Sequence record: NC_042013.1
Reading direction: 5' to 3' (one strand)
DNA: 64,000 bases
Positions 9,173 through 20,156 of this stretch are shown in pieces. A program made the position numbers and the translations under genes. The first letter of the stretch is position 1. Each line of letters opens with the position of its first letter. The notes below the pieces were generated by a model. The model saw only the letters and a list, made by a program, of their open reading frames with translations. It was not told where the DNA came from and made no database searches.

Positions 9173-9926
9173 AATAAACCTCATTATAAATTGTAATGAT
9201 CTGTTGTTTAGAAAACCACGCAACTCCACCGGAAACACTACTCAACGCGTATTTTTTCCAATCTATTTTTCGCAGTCTTTCAACTATTTCTTCACTACTA
9301 TAAAGGGTATATCCTCTATTATTCAATAATTTTTCTTTGGATGGAATGATTTTATGCGGTGCCGCACCAAATATAAACCATTCACCATTTTTAGAGAATT
9401 CGAAATCACTTGTAGTTTCTTCTTTTTTTAAGCTTTCCCGTAAATTAGTTGTATGATTTTTTATCCATATTTGAAAAACCGCTGGAACGTGATATGGTTT
9501 ACCATCCAAAAGAAATGAATCATTTGGTAACAGTATGTCTTCTACCAACGACCATTCATCAGGAAATATAGTTTGCATTGTTTTCTTTTGATACACTCTC
9601 GGTAATACAAATGCAATAATGTTTGCGTATGGTAATGAATGTGCAATGAAACCATTAGTTAATGCGTTTCTATTACCAAATGGTGGATTTCCAAATACAA
9701 CACAACCAGCAGGTGGCGTTATATCAAACCAATTGCTTTTAAGAATACCATCGTGTTCTGGTGCGATGTCGTATGCGGTACACGATATAAGAGTTGAAAA
9801 TGATCCATTACCGGCTGAAGGTTCAATCAACGGTTCATCAGAAATATATTTCTTTAAAAGATTTACACACTCTTTCGCAATACGAGGATTGGTGTAAAAC
9901 TTATCTAATTCCGATTTCATAAGCAT
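9153..9926 (-). CDS. Orphan amino-(N6A-type) DNA methyltransferase
   Basis: DKFYT, motif I IEPSAGNGSF, motif IV VFGNPPFG. Confidence 0.85.
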   Translation of the reverse strand: MLMKSELDKFYTNPRIAKECVNLLKKYISDEPLIEPSAGNGSFSTLISCTAYDIAPEHDGILKSNWFDITPPAGCVVFGNPPFGNRNALTNGFIAHSLPYANIIAFVLPRVYQKKTMQTIFPDEWSLVEDILLPNDSFLLDGKPYHVPAVFQIWIKNHTTNLRESLKKEETTSDFEFSKNGEWFIFGAAPHKIIPSKEKLLNNRGYTLYSSEEIVERLRKIDWKKYALSSVSGGVAWFSKQQIITIYNEVYYDKQQR

Positions 9927-9956
9927 CTCTTTTTTGAGATATTTAACAAAAGAGTG

Positions 9957-10009
9957 TTGACATTATTTTTTAGTAATGTATAACTTAATTATCGAAACGA
10001 ATTAAGGAG
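9957..10009 (+). promoter_or_regulatory. Early promoter with leader box
   Basis: TTGACA-N16-TATAAC, ATCGAAACGA, AAGGAG. Confidence 0.85.
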
Positions 10010-10015
10010 AATGAT

Positions 10016-10375
10016 ATGAGCTATGATGTATATGTAGGTGGTTCCGAGGAGCATCTGAATTACACCTCGAATGTTCGCAATCTGTTTTACACTCACATTC
10101 CTGATAATGGTAAGGGTGGCGGCATTCGAGAACTGCACAATACTCCTAATACAGAGGTTGTTCAGATTATGGGTAATTTCTTCCAGAGTGTTAACGAGGA
10201 ACGTCATAATTCTCGCCCTTGGGATGCACCGGAAGTGGTTGGTGAACCGGAAATGTGTGCTAAATATGATTCTCCCGGTGGTTGGGGTTCTCTGGTTGGC
10301 GCACTGGTTTTTTCGGCGCGTATTCTGGCGGAAGCTGCAAAATATCCTGACGGTGTAACTGAAGTTTCTATGTAA
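10016..10375 (+). CDS. Early hypothetical protein
   Basis: First ORF after early promoter. Confidence 0.8.
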   Translation: MSYDVYVGGSEEHLNYTSNVRNLFYTHIPDNGKGGGIRELHNTPNTEVVQIMGNFFQSVNEERHNSRPWDAPEVVGEPEMCAKYDSPGGWGSLVGALVFSARILAEAAKYPDGVTEVSM

Positions 10376-10391
10376 CAAGGAGGTGTGTGAT

Positions 10392-10709
10392 ATGAGCAAG
10401 TTTTTTGATGTATGGGTTGTAAAAGAAGTCATTGATGAATATGGCCGCGTCGGGCGCACCGTTGGTGTTTTTATCAATGAAGAAGGTGCAAAGATTGCAG
10501 CACGAAATAAAGGTTGGTGGGGTGGCGAAGGCGAGATTACCAAAAAGCCCGGTATGCTAAACCCTGTAAATCGCAAAGAAGTTATCGTTATTGATATGAT
10601 CATTGAACCTGACATTGATCTTATCGATGCAGCTAAGAAGGACCGGGCAGCGGCTATTGCCAAGCTTACCCCGCGTGAACGTGAACTACTCGGCGTAAGG
10701 GATGTATGA
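10392..10709 (+). CDS. Early hypothetical protein with C-terminal AIAKLTPRERELLG tag
   Basis: AAGGAGG SD; start MSKFF. Confidence 0.75.
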   Translation: MSKFFDVWVVKEVIDEYGRVGRTVGVFINEEGAKIAARNKGWWGGEGEITKKPGMLNPVNRKEVIVIDMIIEPDIDLIDAAKKDRAAAIAKLTPRERELLGVRDV

Positions 10710-11041
10710 ATATGGGTAATGTAGATAAGGAGATTCCGATGACATATAGCGAAAAGATGGCTGCTAATAAGCGTAATCACGACATTCGTAAGGCACACAA
10801 CATTTTTGCCAATATGAATGTTGATTTTGAAAATGATCTTGACCGTGGCGGTATTAATCCAACAGCGCTCGTTCCTGCATCGGACCACGTTTTTTTGATG
10901 AATGTATTCCAGAACTCGTACCCAATCGAGTTCGAAAATCATATGAATTATTACACCACGCAAGGCGTAGAACTTTCTTGGGGTTCGCAGTTTGATACAA
11001 AGGATGGTCCGGTTGTAGACGCTACTCTGAAAATCATCTAA
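10706..11041 (+). CDS. Early hypothetical protein
   Basis: ATGA overlap; internal AAGGAG suggests a start near 10739. Confidence 0.7.
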   Translation: MNMGNVDKEIPMTYSEKMAANKRNHDIRKAHNIFANMNVDFENDLDRGGINPTALVPASDHVFLMNVFQNSYPIEFENHMNYYTTQGVELSWGSQFDTKDGPVVDATLKII

Positions 11042-11055
11042 AAGGATATAGGGAG

Positions 11056-11370
11056 ATGCTGGTATATAGAAGTATGCTTAATTTGCATCTTAATACGATG
11101 AATCTCCCTATTACGATTGCTGATCAAGATATATCCGGTGGGTTGTGGATATGTAACAATCAAGTATCAAAATATTTGTCAACATTTATTCCATATGAAT
11201 TAGACATTTACAATAGAATTTACATGATTGTTATAGACAATGGCCTTGTTAAGATACGGAAAGAATCTTTTGTTTTTACATACGATATCTATAATTATAC
11301 TAATATTATTGAATTTATAAAAATTCTTGACGATATTCATTCAAAAGGATGCAACGCAATATGTATATAA
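11056..11370 (+). CDS. Hypothetical protein
   Basis: GGGAG SD. Confidence 0.6.
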   Translation: MLVYRSMLNLHLNTMNLPITIADQDISGGLWICNNQVSKYLSTFIPYELDIYNRIYMIVIDNGLVKIRKESFVFTYDIYNYTNIIEFIKILDDIHSKGCNAICI

Positions 11371-11651
11371 CATATTATAGCAAACATTTTATTCAAGCGA
11401 ACAATATGTCAACACCAAATGGTATTAATATCGAGTTTGGACTTTGGGGAACCAACAATGGGGTATCTGCCAACCTAACTGATCTGGTTCCCGCTAAATT
11501 CGATATGGTTGAACCCTTATACCATTTGGTCATTAAGCGCGGCCTTCTTAAAGTTAGAAGACACACTTCTGCAATGTATTATGATTATCATGTTCCACAT
11601 TTTGAAAAATTTGATGAGATTTTACAATACGTAGAAGATAAACTCTATTGA
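11349..11651 (+). CDS. Hypothetical protein, similar to 11056 ORF (VIxxGLxKxR motif)
   Basis: YMIVIDNGLVKIRK vs YHLVIKRGLLKVRR. Confidence 0.6.
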   Translation: MQRNMYITYYSKHFIQANNMSTPNGINIEFGLWGTNNGVSANLTDLVPAKFDMVEPLYHLVIKRGLLKVRRHTSAMYYDYHVPHFEKFDEILQYVEDKLY

Positions 11652-11700
11652 CATTATTTTTGAATAGAGTATAACTTAATCATCGAAACGAATTCAGGAG
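11648..11700 (+). promoter_or_regulatory. Early promoter with leader box
   Basis: TTGACA-N16-TATAAC, ATCGAAACGA, CAGGAG. Confidence 0.85.
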
Positions 11701-11707
11701 TTTTAAA

Positions 11708-11893
11708 ATGATTAAGGTTTGCCTTTCACATACGTCTTTTGACCGTCAGGTTTCTCTCCCTGCTGTTCCGCGTGTTGATGAAACGGTATCAATCGACCAC
11801 AAAGAATATCGGGTTTACAAGGTTGAACATTCGATTATGACTACCGTTGGTTCTGATGATATTGACGCTTCAATTGTCATTTACATTGTGTAA
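11708..11893 (+). CDS. Early hypothetical protein
   Basis: Follows early promoter/SD. Confidence 0.7.
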   Translation: MIKVCLSHTSFDRQVSLPAVPRVDETVSIDHKEYRVYKVEHSIMTTVGSDDIDASIVIYIV

Positions 11894-11902
11894 AGTATCG
11901 AT

Positions 11903-12139
11903 ATGCGTAACAAGTATGTTTGTGTAAAGAACATTGTTGGTGGCGAATCAATCATCGTTTTTCCTGAGATCATCGAGCACCGTGATTTCGTTGAGGGTTT
12001 TGGGCGGCACATCGTAAGTGCTGGTTTCATCGAAATGGACACGTATAATTGCCACGGTCGTTCTATTGGTCTTGGTATTCCATCACGGGGTGAAATCGAT
12101 ACGAACATTGCAATTCGTCAATTTGTTGAAAGAGAATAA
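11903..12139 (+). CDS. Early hypothetical protein
   Basis: Co-oriented ORF (VSAGFI...CHGRSIGLGIPSR). Confidence 0.7.
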   Translation: MRNKYVCVKNIVGGESIIVFPEIIEHRDFVEGFGRHIVSAGFIEMDTYNCHGRSIGLGIPSRGEIDTNIAIRQFVERE

Positions 12140-12143
12140 GTTG

Positions 12144-12196
12144 TTGACTTATTTTTTAGATGATGTATAACTACATTATCGAAGCGAATTAAGGAG
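12144..12196 (+). promoter_or_regulatory. Early promoter with variant leader box
   Basis: TTGACT-N16-TATAAC, ATCGAAGCGA, AAGGAG. Confidence 0.8.
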
Positions 12197-12202
12197 ATTC
12201 AA

Positions 12203-12496
12203 ATGGACCGTCAATATCGTGCACGTAAGTATCGTTACGCTGATGGTGTATCGTATCGTCCTAATTTATACCATTTGCATCTTTTGGATGACGATAACAT
12301 TCATACCAAAGCAATCCTCGGCGGAATGATTGTGTGTAAAAATAAAGTATTCGCATATGTTGGTCATCCAACATTGGTTCAAGAAAAAATTGAACGGATT
12401 ACTAATAGTTCTCACACGAAGCATTTCATTTGGGCAGACAACGTTGAAGGAGCGCTTAAAGCAATTAAGCCGTATCTTGAACTACAAGAGGCATAA
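12203..12496 (+). CDS. Early hypothetical protein
   Basis: Follows early promoter/SD. Confidence 0.75.
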   Translation: MDRQYRARKYRYADGVSYRPNLYHLHLLDDDNIHTKAILGGMIVCKNKVFAYVGHPTLVQEKIERITNSSHTKHFIWADNVEGALKAIKPYLELQEA

Positions 12497-12515
12497 AGCC
12501 CCCGAAGGGGCTTTA
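12494..12515. terminator. Bidirectional terminator
   Basis: TAAAGCCCC-cgaa-GGGGCTTTA between convergent genes. Confidence 0.85.
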
Positions 12516-12517
12516 TT

Positions 12518-13636
12518 TTATTCAATGATCACTCCGTCCTCGTCGTGTTCAGGTAAGGTTTCCTCAGGCAAACCAGCCTTAGCTCGTTCTTCTGCCCAAC
12601 GCTTTTCGTGCTCTGGATAATCAAGCATAATTGCGTCAAGATGCTTGCCCTTCCATTCTTTTCTGAAAAGCTTGGTTTCGGTTCCATTAACAGCAACATA
12701 CTTAAGTTTGTTGCCATCTTTGACAAGAAGACCAGCTTTTTCAAACATATCAACCAAGCCCGAATAAGGGTCCATTCCAGTTTCATATGGAATGTGAATT
12801 TCTACGCTTTCAAAAGGCTTAGCATAACGAGATTTAGCGACTTGGAACTTCGAACGAATACCAAGAACGTCTGTAACCTTGTTACCATCTTCGTCAATTT
12901 TAAGTTTAAACTTATTCATCAATGCCACGATTGATGCTGCGAAAATTGGTCCAGAACCACCGCCGATTTTGTCGGTTTTGTCGAACATATCTTGTGATGC
13001 ATACGTGTGGTTTGTTGCAATAATACCAACGTTCCATTCACCAATCATATTAACACAATTGGTAACAAGCGCTTTAAGAGCTTTAGCCTTACGGCCCATA
13101 TCACCCTTCATATCGCCGCCTTCAAACTGTGCAACGTCTGTTGGCGTCATAAGCATACCGATTGAGTCGATAACAAAAAGAACTTTCATTCTTTCTTCTT
13201 TTGGAACGTTTGCATAATCAGATTTATATGACTTCATAAAATCACTGATAATTTTTGCAACGTCATCAATCATTGCGGCATTGATCTTAAGAAGCTTATC
13301 CTCGGACGTATCAACACCAAGCGCCTCGAGCCACTCCGTATCAAGAGCATTTTCCGTATCGATTAGGATAACGAAAATCCCTTGCTTTTGAGCATTTGCA
13401 ACAATATTACCGGACACAACGAATGATTTTCCAGAACCGGATTCGCCAGCGAAAACGCTAACTTTTCCGAGTGGAATACCACGATTGAAATCACCGGAAA
13501 TTGCTTTATTTAGGGCATATGACCCTGTAGAAATCCAAGTATCTGGATCATGGAAACCAACGGAAATACCGTCTAGGCTTTTAGTAATAGATTTTCGAAA
13601 TTTTGAAATATCAAATGGCTTCATAGCTAACTCCAA
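12518..13636 (-). CDS. uvsX: RecA/UvsX recombinase
   Basis: Walker A AGESGSGKS, ILIDTENALD, FVIDSIG, DMGRKAKALK. Confidence 0.93.
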   Translation of the reverse strand: MELAMKPFDISKFRKSITKSLDGISVGFHDPDTWISTGSYALNKAISGDFNRGIPLGKVSVFAGESGSGKSFVVSGNIVANAQKQGIFVILIDTENALDTEWLEALGVDTSEDKLLKINAAMIDDVAKIISDFMKSYKSDYANVPKEERMKVLFVIDSIGMLMTPTDVAQFEGGDMKGDMGRKAKALKALVTNCVNMIGEWNVGIIATNHTYASQDMFDKTDKIGGGSGPIFAASIVALMNKFKLKIDEDGNKVTDVLGIRSKFQVAKSRYAKPFESVEIHIPYETGMDPYSGLVDMFEKAGLLVKDGNKLKYVAVNGTETKLFRKEWKGKHLDAIMLDYPEHEKRWAEERAKAGLPEETLPEHDEDGVIIE

Positions 13637-13652
13637 GCTAAATTATCAAAGT

Positions 13653-13676
13653 CATAGGGGAGATGACTCCCCTATG
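13653..13676 (-). terminator. Hairpin between gp32 and uvsX
   Basis: CATAGGGGAG-atga-CTCCCCTATG; weak T-tail. Confidence 0.55.
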
Positions 13677-13697
13677 TTATATCGGTTTAGTAAGGAA

Positions 13698-14699
13698 TTA
13701 CTTTGCTGACTGACGCGCCTTAAGCTGAGCGATAAGATCGGAAACGTCTGACTTACTACCCTTAGTTTCAGTCGTCTTAACTTCAGCAACCGTTTCAACT
13801 ACGGTTTCTTCTGCAACTTCGTCAACAGTTTCTTCAACAACTGGCTTTGTTACAGTCTTAGTCGCGGGCTTAGACACAACGTGTGTAGTCTTTGTTTCGG
13901 TCGTAGCGGAGTCATCGCTTACACCAAATGGGCGGTAGAACTTGCTCCAACGTGCTGGATCATACGCCTCACCATTAACGGATGCGTGGAACATCTCCTT
14001 AATTGCTTCGAGGTCTTCTTCAGAAGGCTTCTTCGGAAGGAAAGAACGAAGGTTATAAGGACCGTACTTTTCAAGTGCTTCACGTTCTGCCTCATTCAAT
14101 GCGCGTGATTTACGAGCCCAACCAGATGTTGTATAAGAATGCTGCGTTCCCTGAAGAGTCTTGTTGATCTTGAAGTCCGTACCGACATCAGCATCGCAAG
14201 GATAATCGAGTTCAGGGTCCATAATGGAAGTTTCGATGATCTTGTGAATCTGTGGACCGATGATGAAACGGCGAAGTGGGTTTTCAGGAACATTCTTTTC
14301 TTCAAAAGGAGAGTCTACAACGAAACCCTGATAAAGATAAGAACGCTTCTTGTAATATGTACGAGCCAAATCCTTCAAGGATTCGTCGTCCCACCAAGGG
14401 CGTGTTTCTGTGATAATAGGGCAAGGCTCCTTATACATTTCCATGCAAGGAACGGTTACGGTTACTTCGCGATCTGACTGGCCTACAATCCCTTGGAATG
14501 GAAGCTTAATAGTCAAGCGTTCAAGCCAGAAATAAGTATTGTCTTCATCAGCATCAGCTACGAAACGAACAGTTGCGGTAGTGTTTGGCTGAATTTCCCA
14601 AAAAGGATAAGATGCGTTGTCGTTGGAAGGGCGGCTCTGCGGGTCGTTCTTTGTCTTTTCTGCTGCGAGACGCTGACGGATGAGGTCCATTTTATTCAT
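13698..14699 (-). CDS. gp32: gp32-type single-stranded DNA binding protein
   Basis: ATVRFV, VTVPCMEMYKEPCPI, KRSYLYQGFV, RRFIIGPQI, GTDFKINKT; low-complexity C-terminal tail. Confidence 0.88.
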   Translation of the reverse strand: MNKMDLIRQRLAAEKTKNDPQSRPSNDNASYPFWEIQPNTTATVRFVADADEDNTYFWLERLTIKLPFQGIVGQSDREVTVTVPCMEMYKEPCPIITETRPWWDDESLKDLARTYYKKRSYLYQGFVVDSPFEEKNVPENPLRRFIIGPQIHKIIETSIMDPELDYPCDADVGTDFKINKTLQGTQHSYTTSGWARKSRALNEAEREALEKYGPYNLRSFLPKKPSEEDLEAIKEMFHASVNGEAYDPARWSKFYRPFGVSDDSATTETKTTHVVSKPATKTVTKPVVEETVDEVAEETVVETVAEVKTTETKGSKSDVSDLIAQLKARQSAK

Positions 14700-14712
14700 A
14701 ATATATTTCCTT

Positions 14713-14747
14713 AGTTGTGTAAATTGTGCTAATTGTGCTAAATTGTG
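14713..14747 (-). repeat. Four CACAA(T/C)T repeats in the gp32 leader
   Basis: Copies at 14713-19, 14722-28, 14731-37, 14741-47, abutting the AAGGA SD. Confidence 0.75.
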
Positions 14748-14923
14748 TTTTGTAGAAATTATCTACATAACTATTTATCATTTATATCAAACATCAAAAC
14801 GCTGTTTCAATATTATTTTTATAAATTTTTAGATAATTTATAAAGAAAAAGGAACCAAATAAATTATCTGGTCCCTTTATATCAAACCCTCGAGGTGGCC
14901 TGCAATATTATTTTAAATTTTAA

Positions 14924-17515
14924 TTAAAATCTTTTCACTGCATTAATAAAGTCGGTATCAACATCTCCACCAAGGGTGAAACCTGTTTGGAGTCTATCTT
15001 TAGATACTCGGTCATAGTAAGATGAAATTTTTCCATCCATAGAATCCACCAAACCTGAAATCAAATTAGTTGACGCCATAGAATTGCTAAATTCCTTACG
15101 AACGCGTGCCATAACTTGTTTCTTAAAAGTTTCATAATCTTTTTCATAAACTGAAACTTGTGGAAGAACTAATTCCAAAAAAGAATATATATCTTTAGCG
15201 GTTGATTGACCACGGTTGTATGCTTCTGTCAAATCGCCTTTGATAATTTTTTCAATTTTCTTAACGGTTGATGACTTGATACCTTTGTCATATGCAACGT
15301 CGATGCTTGGTGTTCCTTTAACATCAAAATCGCGATCTGCTGCCTCGCCAGCCATAAAAATAATGTCATCAGCGGTAGACTGGATCACCTCTTTAATTAC
15401 TTCGGGAGTGTCATCGGAGTCGATAAGAGATTTGATATCTTCAATATTTTGTGGTTTTGACAAATATTCATCAATCCAATCGGTTGCAAATGAAACAATT
15501 GTATCCTCGGACACATCTTCTCCAATATAATTCTCAAAAATATAATCGTGGTTTTCAAGAAAACCTTTGACTTTTGATCTAAACAATTCGGAAGCCTTTC
15601 CAGACAAATCAAAACGTTCAGAAATATCAAACTCGTTATGGAGGTAATGTTCGATAGAGTCAATAATTTCTTTTGATGAATATTTCATATCGTCCTGTTC
15701 AGGTGACGGACGGCCAAAATTAAAATCAGAACCGTATTTGTCAATGAAATCTCTTACATTAAAAGTAATTGAATCAGCTTTGCGTTCGTCTTCTTCAAAT
15801 CCTTTATAACCGTCTGGATTATTGTCCTCGAAAATGAAACCATGATCTTTTTCAAGAGCAGGTTTTACGTACTTATAGAATACGTTTTCAGCTTCTTCCT
15901 CGGCAGCAATTGGATTATTGTATTGACCAATATCAACAAGAAAATTAGCGATAGACGGAATAACTGCTTGAGCCTCATATCGTTTAGATTTATCTCTTGG
16001 ATCACGACCTAACCAATAATCAGTCCCGTATTCTTTAAAAAAACCATTTACGTCAAAACTCTCAAAAACAAATCCAAGTTCTTTTTCCATTGGCTTTTTG
16101 ACGAAGTTTTTGAAAATTTCGGATGCTTTACCGTGAGCGTCTTTAACTGTTTTATATCCACCAAAATCAACAAGGTACTGTGCAATAGAATCAACAACCT
16201 CGGATTTCTTTGTATGACCTACAACAAACTCCACGCCATATTGCTTAAAGAATTGCTTAACATCGAAACTGGTTTTACCTTCGACTACGGAAACATTAAC
16301 CCAACGATCAAATGCTAAAACTTCTGGAGTTTCATGTTCAAATGACAATGTACCGAAAACACCACGAATCGCTTTTACAAAATCTTCATAATGATTTGGA
16401 ATCAACGTATCAATACGATCATCTGCGTATGCTTTCATCAAACAAACAAGTGCACACGCCAAATCTTCCATTGAGTACACACCGTCAGTAAGATCGATAC
16501 CACGGGAATCAGCCTCTTGCTTTATTGCGACCAATGTATCAATCATATATTGACCGAGTTCGGGGTCGCCCTCTACGCCGTACGTCGCAATGTCTTCGTC
16601 TAATGCCTCGATAACAGCATTATGTTCCACGATGTCAACCAGCTTCTTAGTAAAGAATTGTTCGTTTGGATTTAGTTTTTCGTTGTGACGTAGTTTGTCA
16701 ACAACAGACCCAATATATTCTTTCAATGCACTATTATTCAAGTTAGAATTTACAACACGTTCTAATTCTGATGCAAATCGTAAATTATTCGAGCTAAACT
16801 TTTCTTCTTTTGCTGGCTTTACAATATGGACATCAAGTTTGTTTGAGATGATATCTTTGAAACCTTTTGCAAGATTTGTAATTTCATTAGCGTTAACGTC
16901 GCGGTCTAATCCGGTTCGTGTATTAACCCATTCAGTTGCATACTTCAAAAACACGTCACTGTTTTCTTGCAAAACCGCAGATGTAGTTTCAACAAGATAT
17001 TTCGTAGATTCGGTATATCCCTCATTACAAACGATATTATTGCCGAATACTGCAAAGTCAACTCCCTCTTTAAGGCCGAGCGATTTTGTCATATGACGCT
17101 GCAAATCGACACGTTGTGCAGCATTCGAAAGGGAGATTGTTTTAAACATTTTTGTTTCCTTGTTTTCGCTCACAATAGGTGTCGCCTGATATGCAAAATC
17201 CTTAGGCGACAACTTTTTACCATATTTACGAATATCAAAAAGAAGACCGTATTGAACCGCGATATTCCTAAGACTTGAAATTAATGAGGCAATATCTTTT
17301 GCATCAATATTGTTACCAAAATATAACGATATAAAAGAATCGTTATTGTCATCTTCCAAAACAATCATCAGTCTATCTGGAACCGCAAAAAATTTACGAG
17401 CATCCTTGGTTTTATAAATTTTATTACCTTGTTCATCAAACAAAGTTACTTTGCGACCAGAACTTTTCAATAGATTGAAAATGTCATTCGCCGCGCTACT
17501 GAACATATTAGCCAT
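14924..17515 (-). CDS. Large hypothetical (probably virion) protein with three internal repeats
   Basis: 863-aa ORF behind GGTAAATA late-type motif, directly after terL. Confidence 0.75.
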   Translation of the reverse strand: MANMFSSAANDIFNLLKSSGRKVTLFDEQGNKIYKTKDARKFFAVPDRLMIVLEDDNNDSFISLYFGNNIDAKDIASLISSLRNIAVQYGLLFDIRKYGKKLSPKDFAYQATPIVSENKETKMFKTISLSNAAQRVDLQRHMTKSLGLKEGVDFAVFGNNIVCNEGYTESTKYLVETTSAVLQENSDVFLKYATEWVNTRTGLDRDVNANEITNLAKGFKDIISNKLDVHIVKPAKEEKFSSNNLRFASELERVVNSNLNNSALKEYIGSVVDKLRHNEKLNPNEQFFTKKLVDIVEHNAVIEALDEDIATYGVEGDPELGQYMIDTLVAIKQEADSRGIDLTDGVYSMEDLACALVCLMKAYADDRIDTLIPNHYEDFVKAIRGVFGTLSFEHETPEVLAFDRWVNVSVVEGKTSFDVKQFFKQYGVEFVVGHTKKSEVVDSIAQYLVDFGGYKTVKDAHGKASEIFKNFVKKPMEKELGFVFESFDVNGFFKEYGTDYWLGRDPRDKSKRYEAQAVIPSIANFLVDIGQYNNPIAAEEEAENVFYKYVKPALEKDHGFIFEDNNPDGYKGFEEDERKADSITFNVRDFIDKYGSDFNFGRPSPEQDDMKYSSKEIIDSIEHYLHNEFDISERFDLSGKASELFRSKVKGFLENHDYIFENYIGEDVSEDTIVSFATDWIDEYLSKPQNIEDIKSLIDSDDTPEVIKEVIQSTADDIIFMAGEAADRDFDVKGTPSIDVAYDKGIKSSTVKKIEKIIKGDLTEAYNRGQSTAKDIYSFLELVLPQVSVYEKDYETFKKQVMARVRKEFSNSMASTNLISGLVDSMDGKISSYYDRVSKDRLQTGFTLGGDVDTDFINAVKRF

Positions 17516-17547
17516 TGGTTGTAATACTCCTATATTGAATATTTACC

Positions 17548-19739
<2,192 letters not shown>

Positions 19740-19741
19740 AA

Positions 19742-19777
19742 AAATACCTACATAATTTTCATATGTAGGTATTTAAC
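19742..19777 (-). promoter_or_regulatory. Late-type promoter inside a 13-bp RBS-sequestering hairpin (terL)
   Basis: GTTAAATA overlaps 5' arm AAATACCTACATA; 3' arm TATGTAGGTATTT holds SD. Confidence 0.75.
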
Positions 19778-19802
19778 AAATAATTATAATAAAAGTAGTA
19801 TT

Positions 19803-20144
19803 TTATACTTCTTTTGATGCTTTAACCTGTTCGACATATTCTCTTAATGTCTTTGGTTCCCTTGTTTCGTCAAACATGCCGATAAGATCAGTTGGTTTAA
19901 CACCAACCGCATTTGCAACGTGTGTAATTGCTTCCAGTTTATCAGTACCGTTACGATAAAACTTCTTGAAAAGTTTCTTGATATCTGATTCCGAGGTTTC
20001 AGACATCATAGGGTTATCGGCGGTGTTATTAACGTTGAATTGACGAATTACTGGCGGCGTATAGCTTGAAATACCATGATACGGTTGACCAATTTGTTTA
20101 CTATTTTCAAGTCCAGCCAAGATTTTAAGACGTTCGATATCCAT
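19803..20144 (-). CDS. Hypothetical protein (MDIERLKILAGL start)
   Basis: ORF in late cluster with AAGGA SD. Confidence 0.7.
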   Translation of the reverse strand: MDIERLKILAGLENSKQIGQPYHGISSYTPPVIRQFNVNNTADNPMMSETSESDIKKLFKKFYRNGTDKLEAITHVANAVGVKPTDLIGMFDETREPKTLREYVEQVKASKEV

Positions 20145-20156
20145 ATTAGTTAATCC

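Noticed and set aside
9989-10963. 324-aa minus-strand ORF and similar long antisense ORFs (24443-25054, 33696-34265, 36151-36729, 16695-17096)
   Set aside because: Shadows of well-supported opposite-strand genes; no SD or motifs.
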